40,486 bases of DNA, taken from a virus. Its lineage: Duplodnaviria > Caudoviricetes. The notes below the pieces were generated by a model. The model worked only from the letters and a program-made list of their open reading frames with translations, was not told the DNA's origin and did no database searches. The stretch covers positions 1-40,486 of IMG/VR virus record IMGVR_UViG_3300032239_000241, one strand, 5' to 3'. A program made the translations under genes and the position numbers. Shown here piece by piece: positions 26,036-34,238 of this stretch. How positions within the stretch are numbered: position 1 is the stretch's first letter; each line of letters begins with the position of its first letter.

Positions 26036-27678
26036 GAGCGTTTGAATTTTTATTTGAGTTAGGGGATAATCCTTATCCGTCGCCAAAAAGATGGTCTTCG
26101 GATTATGATTCCGGCGGGTACGAGCCTAGATCAAAGCGTATTTCTATTCCAAATGGAATCCTAAGGATTGATGTAAATCAGTTTGACACTAATGCAATAG
26201 TTAATTTTTATGTAAATGACAAGCAAATGCTCAGTGGCGAGGGTGATGCTTTTAGAATTCTATCAACTGTTATGCTTCAGATAAAAGATTATGTGCGAAA
26301 AGTAAAACCTGACTATGTTGTATTCGGTGCTAACATAAAAGAAAAAGGTAGAATTAAATTATATGATAAAGTAGTTCCTAGACTTGCTGCTGCTATGGGA
26401 TATGAAGATGTCACAGACGACCAAGATATGTGGAACGATGATGTAGAAGCTGATTTAGATGCACTAGATGATACTACTGGTTTAAAGATTTATGTACTGG
26501 TTTCAAACAAATTAATGATAGACGAAGACTGGAAGAAGACTCTAGGTGGCATCGCTGCTGCTGGAGCATTGGCATTGCCAGGCAACCTGATGCATAAACC
26601 TGTAAATGATCAACTTCCTATTGCATCAGTAGAGAAAGCCGATCCTGCAGTAGTCAAGCAAGCAGCAGCATCATTAGAAACCGCATATGGAAATGCTCTG
26701 AAAAAAGCTTCTAGTGTTATCAAGAACAAAGCAGAACGCGCCCAGTTTCTAGCACAATGTGCCCATGAGACTCAAGATTTCTCGACCATGAAAGAATTCG
26801 GCGGCACACTTGACTTTAGGAAATATGATATTAAATTTAATCCTAGAATGGCAAATGCTTTAGGCAACGATAAGCCAGGTGACGGCGCCCGTTATCACGG
26901 CAGAGGCTTCATTCAATTGACTGGAAAAGAGAATTATCAGAGGGCGGGTAGAGAGTTAGGTCTTCCGTTAGAGAAGAATCCGCAGTTAGTCGAGCGACCA
27001 GATGTCGCTGCAAAGGTCGCACTTTGGTATTGGCAGAATAGGGTAAAACCTAAGGTGAATAATTTTAAGGATACAAAAGCTGTAACTGCTCCTATCAATA
27101 GTTCTTTACGTGGACTGGATGATAGACACCAGAAGTATCTTGCCTACAGTGAATTACTAGGTGGCGAGCCTAGCCCTGGGTTTGAACCTGGTCAAGGTCT
27201 CAAAGAACACCAGATGGACAATGAACACGGTTGGGGAGAAACACCTAATAATCGTAATGTTGATTATATGGGATTGCGGGTAATGATGCGCCCTTCAACT
27301 TTTCTAAAATTAGCATTAGAGTTGAAAGAACCAACAAGTATGAACGATATCATGTCTCACATAGAGCAGGGAGGTCGGATCGCTTCTCCTCTTCTTACAA
27401 TAGATACGCCTGCCGAATGGGATGAGGGAGATTTCTCTGCGCCAGCTAGGGTCGTTGGCCATGAAGGCAGAAATCGCATGAAAGCATTACAAAAACTTGA
27501 GGGCGACCAACCTCAAGAAGTTCATATATTTCCGAGAGGTCTTCGCAACAGACACATGACCCCGGAGTTCTTGGAGAATCTGAACAAGTGGCTCATTCCA
27601 GAACAACAGAAACAGCCTATCAAAGGCGACTTCTGGGATATGTTCCAACCGTCGGAACTAAATAGTAGTATAAATTAA
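26032..27678 (+). CDS. three-module protein: unknown N-domain, GH19 lysozyme/chitinase, ParB/Srx-like C-domain
   Basis: MRAFEFLFE tag. AQFLAQCAHET, RYHGRGFIQLTGKENY and VTAPIN..LRGLDDR are GH19 motifs. VVGHEGRNRM resembles the ParB/Srx GxxR motif. Confidence 0.85.
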   Translation: MRAFEFLFELGDNPYPSPKRWSSDYDSGGYEPRSKRISIPNGILRIDVNQFDTNAIVNFYVNDKQMLSGEGDAFRILSTVMLQIKDYVRKVKPDYVVFGANIKEKGRIKLYDKVVPRLAAAMGYEDVTDDQDMWNDDVEADLDALDDTTGLKIYVLVSNKLMIDEDWKKTLGGIAAAGALALPGNLMHKPVNDQLPIASVEKADPAVVKQAAASLETAYGNALKKASSVIKNKAERAQFLAQCAHETQDFSTMKEFGGTLDFRKYDIKFNPRMANALGNDKPGDGARYHGRGFIQLTGKENYQRAGRELGLPLEKNPQLVERPDVAAKVALWYWQNRVKPKVNNFKDTKAVTAPINSSLRGLDDRHQKYLAYSELLGGEPSPGFEPGQGLKEHQMDNEHGWGETPNNRNVDYMGLRVMMRPSTFLKLALELKEPTSMNDIMSHIEQGGRIASPLLTIDTPAEWDEGDFSAPARVVGHEGRNRMKALQKLEGDQPQEVHIFPRGLRNRHMTPEFLENLNKWLIPEQQKQPIKGDFWDMFQPSELNSSIN

Positions 27679-27689
27679 AGGAACATTTC

Positions 27690-30380
27690 ATGAATCTAAA
27701 AGCATTGAAGGCTATTATTGTTTGGCTGGCCATTGGTATAGCACTGTTTGCGACTCCGGTACTAGCACAAAGAGTCACCACACCATTGATGAATGGTTGG
27801 AAATTCCAACAGAACGCAGCAATGACTGGCCCTGAACAGCCCGGATACAATGATTCATCTTGGTCTACCGTAAGCGTTCCCCATACATGGAATCGGGTTG
27901 GTTACTACACGAATCAAACGATTCCGCATCAAAATACTGCTGCTAATCAAAATCTATATCAGGGCAATGCTTGGTATAGGATTTCATTTTCTCCCCCTCC
28001 TATGACCAATAAAAGAGTATTCCTTCAATTTGATGCTGCCAGTCGTATTGCAGAAGTATGGTTAAACGGTGTTCGTTTAGGACAACATAAAGGTGGCTTC
28101 TCAAGATTCAGATTTGATGCGACACCTGCGATGAAAGCAAACGCTGTAAATACATTAGCAGTGCGGGTTAACAATGCTGCTCCTGCTACTGGAAATGAAA
28201 CAGCAAATGTACTTCCGCTGACTATTGGAGTGGATTTCTTCGTCTACGGAGGATTGTATCGTTCAGTGTCACTCGTGACAACTCCGACTGTTCATTTTGA
28301 CATGCTTGACTATGGTGGTTCCGGAATGTATGCAACTGCTGCTAATGTGTCAGCTAACTCTGCCACCCTAACAGTGGTATCTAAATTCAAGAATGATAGT
28401 AATGCATCTGTTACAGGAGCATCAGTAAACTATAAACTAGTTGATGCGAGCGGTAATACTAAAGCATCATGGAGTACTCCTGTAAATGTTCCTATCGGTA
28501 GCAATGTTCAAGTTTCAAGTACTGTTACTGTCACGTCTCCGCATCTATGGAATGGGGTCGCTGATCCCTATCTTTATCAAATCGTAGCACAACTGTACAC
28601 TCCTCAAGCAGGCGTACTTGATCAAATGAATCAATCATTTGGATTTCGTAATATCGTGATTGATCCTGCTCACGGGTTATATCTGAATGGTAAGCATATC
28701 CCTCTACACGGAGTATCTCGTCACCAAGATCGTGAAACAAAAGGTTGGGCAGTAGCAGCAGCGGATGAAGATCAAGATGTCTCCATCATTAAAGAAATGG
28801 GAGCGAATACCATCCGTCTAGCTCACTACGAACAGAGTGAACATATGAATGAACTAGCTGATAAGAATGGACTTATCATCTGGGATGAGATTCCACTGGT
28901 AGGTGCGCTCACACTTACGCCAGGGCAAACTACGCCACCGTCAGCAGAGTTAGTAGCAAATGCCCAGCAGCAACTAAAAGAATTAATCATTCAAGATTAC
29001 AATCATCCTGCCGTCGCAGTCTGGAGTATTTCAAACGAAATAGATTTGTTAGGGCCTCCACCTGATCCTATTCCGATGTTGACTGATTTGAACAATCTTG
29101 CACGTGCAACGGATCCTAGTCGTCCAACAACACTAGCTAGTTGCTGCGAAGGTAGAAAAAATTACTCAGGAGTTTATCCTCCTAATATATCAGCTATAAC
29201 TGATACATTTGGTGCTAATCGCTATCCCGGTTGGTATTATGGTGCAGCTGGTGATATGGGTTCTCTATTAGACACAGTACGTGGAAATCATTTAAATCAA
29301 CCAATGTCAGTAAGCGAATATGGTGCTGGAGCAGGCATTTCTATACATACTGATAATCCATTAGGTGGACCTTGGAATGCTTCTGGATATGCTCAGCCAG
29401 AAGGATATCAATCATACTTGCACGAAACTATTTGGCCTCAACTAAATGCAAGAGAGTATCTATGGTCTACTTGGGTATGGAATATGTTTGACTTTGCGAC
29501 TACTATCCGCACTGAAGCAGATTCAGTAAATATCAACACTAAAGGCCTAGTTACATATGATCGTACTGCTAGGAAAGATGCTTTCTACTATTATAAAGCG
29601 AATTGGACAACTTCTCCAGTCGTACACATTGCCGAACATAATTATACCAATAGAGATTATCAGGTAACCGACGTAAAGGTATATTCTAATGTTCCTTCTG
29701 TAGAATTATTGCTCAATGATGTATCATTGGGATCAAAATCAAGTTGTGCTAATGCTGTTTGTATCTGGAAAGATGTAAAACTCTCAGCAGGTAACAACAA
29801 CTTAATTGCTAAGTCTTCATCTGCAACAGATACTGTGGTTTGGCAGCTTGATTCAATCAGAACTAGACAAATATGGATAGCATCAGGTTCTATTATTCCA
29901 CAGACTACATCTAAGGGTCTATATGGTTCTGATAACTATTTCACAGGTGGAACTGGCTCTGGTACATATCGCTATGGCAGCAATTTCAGCTATAACATTC
30001 CAGCGAACAATGGGACTTATAATGTCACATTGACTTTCTTAGAACCTGACGCAAATGCTGCATCTAGTCGTGTCTTCAACGTCACTGCTAACGGTCAAGT
30101 CGTGTTGAGCAACTTCAATGTCGCTACCGCAGCGGGCGGAGCCAACAAAGAGGTCACTGAAACTTTTCCGGTAACTATTTCTAACGGAAACCTAAATTTG
30201 GCCTTTACATCGGTAACAGGTGATGCTATAGTGTCTTATGTAGAAGTTACGTCTACCAGCACTCTGACTAGCCCTCTTGACCCGACATCAACTTTGCTAA
30301 TGGTAGGGGGAGGAGCGGCAGCAGCAGTTGCTGCTGGGGCGGCAGCACTATTAGGTCGTAAGAAAAAGATAAATATCTAA
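27690..30380 (+). CDS. secreted GH2 glycoside hydrolase (beta-galactosidase/glucuronidase-like) with malectin domain and C-terminal membrane anchor
   Basis: Signal peptide ending VLA-Q. GGLYRSV, GVSRHQD, GANTIRLAHY, WSISNE (acid/base), VSEYGAG (nucleophile), NTKGLVTYDR. Malectin-like RVFNVTANG. C-terminal LLMVGGGAAAAVAAGAAALLGRKKK. ACTAAATA at 27657-27664. Confidence 0.9.
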   Translation: MNLKALKAIIVWLAIGIALFATPVLAQRVTTPLMNGWKFQQNAAMTGPEQPGYNDSSWSTVSVPHTWNRVGYYTNQTIPHQNTAANQNLYQGNAWYRISFSPPPMTNKRVFLQFDAASRIAEVWLNGVRLGQHKGGFSRFRFDATPAMKANAVNTLAVRVNNAAPATGNETANVLPLTIGVDFFVYGGLYRSVSLVTTPTVHFDMLDYGGSGMYATAANVSANSATLTVVSKFKNDSNASVTGASVNYKLVDASGNTKASWSTPVNVPIGSNVQVSSTVTVTSPHLWNGVADPYLYQIVAQLYTPQAGVLDQMNQSFGFRNIVIDPAHGLYLNGKHIPLHGVSRHQDRETKGWAVAAADEDQDVSIIKEMGANTIRLAHYEQSEHMNELADKNGLIIWDEIPLVGALTLTPGQTTPPSAELVANAQQQLKELIIQDYNHPAVAVWSISNEIDLLGPPPDPIPMLTDLNNLARATDPSRPTTLASCCEGRKNYSGVYPPNISAITDTFGANRYPGWYYGAAGDMGSLLDTVRGNHLNQPMSVSEYGAGAGISIHTDNPLGGPWNASGYAQPEGYQSYLHETIWPQLNAREYLWSTWVWNMFDFATTIRTEADSVNINTKGLVTYDRTARKDAFYYYKANWTTSPVVHIAEHNYTNRDYQVTDVKVYSNVPSVELLLNDVSLGSKSSCANAVCIWKDVKLSAGNNNLIAKSSSATDTVVWQLDSIRTRQIWIASGSIIPQTTSKGLYGSDNYFTGGTGSGTYRYGSNFSYNIPANNGTYNVTLTFLEPDANAASSRVFNVTANGQVVLSNFNVATAAGGANKEVTETFPVTISNGNLNLAFTSVTGDAIVSYVEVTSTSTLTSPLDPTSTLLMVGGGAAAAVAAGAAALLGRKKKINI

Positions 30381-30396
30381 CACGAAGGATTATACT

Positions 30397-30771
30397 ATGA
30401 AAATCAGAGACCTACTGAACGAAAGCGAAATTGACGATCTTGATCGTGACGAAGAACCAGAAGTTGAACCTGATCAGGAAACGATCAAACCGCTTATGGT
30501 TCAACTGCGTTCGGTATACAATCTTGTCAAGAAGTATCGTGATTTCCAGAAAAATCCTGAAGTCAAAGAGATCCTAGCGACTCATCCTATCATTTTTAGA
30601 AACTCAGAAGCAGTAGTCATCCCTATCGGAGAGATGGCTGACATGTTGAATATCTATCCCATGCTCATCCCTCACATGCGCGAGAAGATGCAAGCACAAG
30701 CATGGGAGAACCCTGAGGCATTCCACAAGACAGTTGCACAACTCAAAGCAGCAGTGGCAAATCGTCGGTAA
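30397..30771 (+). CDS. hypothetical protein, putative head cargo
   Basis: MKIRDLLNE tag; GATAAATA at 30368-30375. Confidence 0.75.
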   Translation: MKIRDLLNESEIDDLDRDEEPEVEPDQETIKPLMVQLRSVYNLVKKYRDFQKNPEVKEILATHPIIFRNSEAVVIPIGEMADMLNIYPMLIPHMREKMQAQAWENPEAFHKTVAQLKAAVANRR

Positions 30772-30793
30772 AACATCATTTTACCCATATTAT

Positions 30794-30822
30794 TTGACGT
30801 TTATACCGAATCATGATAAATA
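30794..30822 (+). promoter_or_regulatory. promoter for the outer-membrane protein (late TAAATA, possibly overlapping a sigma70 -35)
   Basis: TTGACG (30794-30799), 17 nt spacer, TAAATA (30817-30822). Confidence 0.5.
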
Positions 30823-30896
30823 TAACTTGTACTGTGAAAAAGGTCTTGAGAATTTATACTCAATCCCTTTCTAGTAGTCTTTAAAAAGGAAAATAT

Positions 30897-31466
30897 ATGA
30901 ATAAGTTACTTACAATTGCAGCATTCGCATTAGCTGCACTTACTACTACCCCAGCACTTGCTGGCACTCTAACCGGCGAATATCGTTCTGCTTCAAAGCC
31001 AGATACAGCCGGCGCTGACTTTGCTCTCTCTGGAGTTAATGTAGGTCCAGTAGCGATTGGTGCAGAAGTTCAAACTGTACAAGCACCGCATACCGGAGCA
31101 GTGTCTGCTCTGTATTCTGTCAATGCTACCAAGACGTTCGCTTCAGTCAGTGGTTTTGCTCCACAAGTAGGAGTTGAATTCGGCAAGAGTGCTTCTACCG
31201 GCAAGAACTTCAATTTTTGGGGTCTAGGCGCTGGTGTATCACATGCTGTAGCAGGTCCAGTATCTGCATCAGTTGGCTATCGCCATCGCGAAGGCTTTAC
31301 TGATCGTAAGCTAGACGAAAATCGTCTTAGTGCAGGACTAACTTATGCAGTGTCAGCCGCAACTTCACTGGGTCTTAACTACTATCGGTATGAAGAAAAG
31401 TTTGTTCCAAAGAAGACTAGCAAGACATCTGAAGTAGTTGGATTCGCTGTATCACACAGCTTCTAA
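30897..31466 (+). CDS. outer-membrane beta-barrel protein
   Basis: Sec signal peptide (MNKLL...ALA-G), alternating amphipathic strands, C-terminal Phe BAM signal (FAVSHSF). Confidence 0.8.
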   Translation: MNKLLTIAAFALAALTTTPALAGTLTGEYRSASKPDTAGADFALSGVNVGPVAIGAEVQTVQAPHTGAVSALYSVNATKTFASVSGFAPQVGVEFGKSASTGKNFNFWGLGAGVSHAVAGPVSASVGYRHREGFTDRKLDENRLSAGLTYAVSAATSLGLNYYRYEEKFVPKKTSKTSEVVGFAVSHSF

Positions 31467-31490
31467 TACAACTTATTTGTTAAATTAAAA

Positions 31491-31529
31491 TGGGCGGCGG
31501 AGATTCATTTCTTCGTCGCTTATTTTTTT
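31491..31529 (+). terminator. rho-independent terminator
   Basis: GGGCGGCGGAGA / TCTTCGTCGCTT stem (G-U rich) followed by T7. Confidence 0.7.
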
Positions 31530-31562
31530 GGTTACGTGGTAAAAACTGTAAATAGTATCTGA

Positions 31563-32111
31563 ATGAGAATCGGATTAAGCCAAAGAATAGTGAAACACAA
31601 AGGTAGAACCTATGATGCTACTGATCATGGTTGGTATACATTACTGGCTGGACATAATCTATTTTTTCTACCTAACACAATTAAGCAAGACTTTGATCTA
31701 GTCGCAGACAATTTAGATTCATTTATAATTACTGGCGGAGCGAATAGTGAAGTCGGTGAGAATGTTGAACTTACATTGATGTCTAAGATGATAGAACGAA
31801 AAAAGCCAGTAGTGGGAATCTGTCAAGGGGCATTGTTTATTGCTAAGGGTCTGGGCAGTAACATACAGCCTATTCCAAAACACACCGACGTAGACCATTA
31901 TATCATGTATCACGGTGAAGCCATTAAAGTCCCCAGTGATCATGATCAAGGAATAACTAAATTACATGATACAGGAAAAATCCTCTGTTTAGCAGACACT
32001 GGCGAAGTAGAAGCTTTTATAGATAATAATCTAGCAGGTGTGATGTGGAATCCTGAGAAAATGGAGTCTCCGTGGATTCCTCCTGAAATTGCCTATATAC
32101 TCCGAATTTGA
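31563..32111 (+). CDS. class I glutamine amidotransferase-like (peptidase C26/PuuD-like)
   Basis: IITGG, VVGICQGA nucleophile elbow, HDQGI, and MWNPE where HPE is usual. TGTAAATA at 31547-31554. Confidence 0.75.
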   Translation: MRIGLSQRIVKHKGRTYDATDHGWYTLLAGHNLFFLPNTIKQDFDLVADNLDSFIITGGANSEVGENVELTLMSKMIERKKPVVGICQGALFIAKGLGSNIQPIPKHTDVDHYIMYHGEAIKVPSDHDQGITKLHDTGKILCLADTGEVEAFIDNNLAGVMWNPEKMESPWIPPEIAYILRI

Positions 32112-32122
32112 TAAATATATTC

Positions 32123-32509
32123 ATGTTAATAGAAGATATCACTCGCAAATCCGATCTGGACCTAGATGCCGAAGTAAAAAAGTTTGCGGAGTGGGCAGGA
32201 AAACGCCTGAACATTCAATCTCTGCCAGAGATTGAACTTAGTCAAGATACCGAAGATGCTCAAGACAATCACCATACTGGTTCTCACGTAGAAGGTTCGG
32301 GTAATATCTGGGTATACGCAAAGAATCGTAATCTTGTGGACATATTGAGAACCACTTTTCATGAACTTGTCCATGTAAGACAAGGCGAGATCGGAATGAT
32401 CAAACCAGGTGATAGTTATCCAGGTAGTCCTATTGAGGCCATGGCAGACATGCTTGCTGGAAAATATATCAAGATATACGGTGAAAAGAATCACCACATT
32501 TTTCAGTAG
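32123..32509 (+). CDS. zincin-like metallopeptidase
   Basis: LRTTFHELVH (HExxH) with a downstream Glu in SPIEAMA. Start reassigned to MLIEDI (ATG 32123), after GATAAATA at 32110-32117. Confidence 0.75.
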   Translation: MLIEDITRKSDLDLDAEVKKFAEWAGKRLNIQSLPEIELSQDTEDAQDNHHTGSHVEGSGNIWVYAKNRNLVDILRTTFHELVHVRQGEIGMIKPGDSYPGSPIEAMADMLAGKYIKIYGEKNHHIFQ

Positions 32510-32518
32510 GTATTACAA

Positions 32519-33661
32519 ATGAGGGCAAAAGAATTCATCGTTGAATATGATCGTAGCAAGACCGCTCAAGCATTAGGTGATAAGTTAATTAGTGCTGGCC
32601 TCAAAGATCATTTAGCAGGACAGACTTTGAAGCTGACACCGTTACCTAATAATCCGAATGAGACTGTCAATAAAATACTTGCTGCGATAGAAGATAGAGA
32701 CCCAACTCCAAACAAAGAATATACTCAGTGGATGGCAAGAATGTATGCTAATGGCGGAGTCAAATTAGAAGACTTGAATAGAAATAACACAATTGGAATC
32801 TACGATCTCGGTAAGAAACGGCGCTTGATCCAACCTGAAGATGCTGACATCAATCGTTTCAAGACATATAAAGATTTTGAAGATGTTGTATTATCCAAAT
32901 ACGATCCGAACAAGATAGAGAAACAAGAGAAAAAAGAGGTCAATAAGGGCAACGCTAAACTTTACTTTGAGAATGATCAAGTAAGAATCATCATACCTAA
33001 AGATGAACAAGCCGCTTGTTACTACGGTCAAGGTACGAGATGGTGTACTGCTGCGACACGAGGCCGCAACGCTTTCAATGAATACAATGAAGAGGGTCCC
33101 CTTTACATCATACTATTCAAGAAGTCTCCGGTAAAATGGCAGTTTCACTTTCCGGAAGCCCAGTTTATGAATGAAGCAGATGAAGAACTTAATTCAGATC
33201 AAATAAAAACAGTAGCTCAATATTTTCCTGATAAATTATGGAAGATTGCATTACCCCATGCCGGCGAAGTGATTCAATTTATGCATGATCCTGATGAACG
33301 ATCACAAATGATTGCAGTGAAAAGTGATAGTAGTACGATTCAATACATAAAGGATCCAAGCGAAAAGGTTCAACTAGCCGCAGTTCGCCGCGACTATGGT
33401 TATGGAGATGACACGATTGGATTCATAGCAAACCCAAGTGAGCTGGTTCAACTGGCTTCAGTAAAGTCTAATCCATCGAGTATTTTAAGTATACGCCGCC
33501 CAAGCGAAAAGATACAGCTAGTAGCGATGAAGCACTTGCGTCATCCAAAAGCTATTATTGATTATGTATCATCGCAAGATATAACCGAACGGGTACTGAA
33601 GGCAGCAGGCATCACCCCGGATGAGTATCAAGAACATTTGAAGTCCCATGGATACATCTAG
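32519..33661 (+). CDS. WCT-domain protein, paralog 3, with C-terminal helical repeats
   Basis: MRAKEFIVE tag; DPTPNKEYTQW, RWCTAA, KWQFHFPEAQFMNE; four IxxIxxPSExVQLAAV-type repeats. Confidence 0.8.
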   Translation: MRAKEFIVEYDRSKTAQALGDKLISAGLKDHLAGQTLKLTPLPNNPNETVNKILAAIEDRDPTPNKEYTQWMARMYANGGVKLEDLNRNNTIGIYDLGKKRRLIQPEDADINRFKTYKDFEDVVLSKYDPNKIEKQEKKEVNKGNAKLYFENDQVRIIIPKDEQAACYYGQGTRWCTAATRGRNAFNEYNEEGPLYIILFKKSPVKWQFHFPEAQFMNEADEELNSDQIKTVAQYFPDKLWKIALPHAGEVIQFMHDPDERSQMIAVKSDSSTIQYIKDPSEKVQLAAVRRDYGYGDDTIGFIANPSELVQLASVKSNPSSILSIRRPSEKIQLVAMKHLRHPKAIIDYVSSQDITERVLKAAGITPDEYQEHLKSHGYI

Positions 33662-33678
33662 AACGGTACCCAAAGACA

Positions 33679-33706
33679 TTGACTTCTATGCGTAGTGTAG
33701 TATAAT
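33679..33706 (+). promoter_or_regulatory. sigma70-type early promoter
   Basis: TTGACT, 16 nt spacer, TATAAT. Confidence 0.7.
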
Positions 33707-33730
33707 AACTATATTAGAAGGATAATTCCC

Positions 33731-33895
33731 ATGACTATTGAACAACTCCAAGAACAGTTGGATGCCGCTAAGGCTAAGTTATCAGCCATTCATAAGATTG
33801 CTGAAGATGCCCGCGCAGGGAAACATCCTGCCGATTGGCGCAAAGACTGGCAGCGCAATGAATGGACTAAGGTCCGTGATTTGGCTAATGTCTAA
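33731..33895 (+). CDS. small hypothetical protein, 54 aa (MTIEQLQEQLDAAKAKL...VRDLANV), missing from the ORF track
   Basis: GAAGGA RBS and its own promoter; coiled-coil N-terminus and Trp-rich C-terminus. Confidence 0.7.
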   Translation: MTIEQLQEQLDAAKAKLSAIHKIAEDARAGKHPADWRKDWQRNEWTKVRDLANV

Positions 33896-33926
33896 TGTGT
33901 TTTGGGTACACTGCCCGAACAAAAGA

Positions 33927-33955
33927 TTGACTTACATCATCATCCACTGTATACT
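33927..33955 (+). promoter_or_regulatory. sigma70-type early promoter
   Basis: TTGACT, 17 nt spacer, TATACT, upstream of ATG 33978 and the polymerase. Confidence 0.8.
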
Positions 33956-33977
33956 GAACAGATTAGAAGGAGAATAC

Positions 33978-34238
33978 ATGTCTACTAGAACTTTTAACAA
34001 CGAAGCAAAGACTAAACTCACGCAGCTAGTGAATGAGGGCATGGCTGTAATGCAGGAGATCGAGACCCTGCGTGAAGGTCTCAGCGATACGGTCAAAGCC
34101 ATCGCAGAAGAACTTGAAATCAAGCCTAGCATCCTCAAGAAGGCCATCTCTATCGCACACAAGTCTCGTCTTGCCGAGACTAATCAAGAAAATGCGACAT
34201 TAAATGAAATTTTGGAGACTGTTGGTAAGACTTACTGA
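33978..34238 (+). CDS. T4 DsbA / GapR-like dsDNA-binding protein
   Basis: Start at MSTRTF with an AAGGAG RBS. LTQLVNE...IETLREGLSDTVKAIAEELEIKPSILKKAI helical pattern. Confidence 0.7.
   Translation: MSTRTFNNEAKTKLTQLVNEGMAVMQEIETLREGLSDTVKAIAEELEIKPSILKKAISIAHKSRLAETNQENATLNEILETVGKTY

Noticed and set aside
15693-31466. Bacterial chromosome or chimeric contig explanation for the P450, dps, GH2 and OMP genes
   Set aside because: Each is interleaved with phage-type genes, shares the AT-rich composition and has the phage late motif. Read-level confirmation is still advisable.
33738-33977. N-terminal extension of the 166 aa ORF (also the extensions at 364, 2192, 5578 and 32108)
   Set aside because: These overlap other genes or promoters; downstream ATGs with an RBS or promoter fit better.
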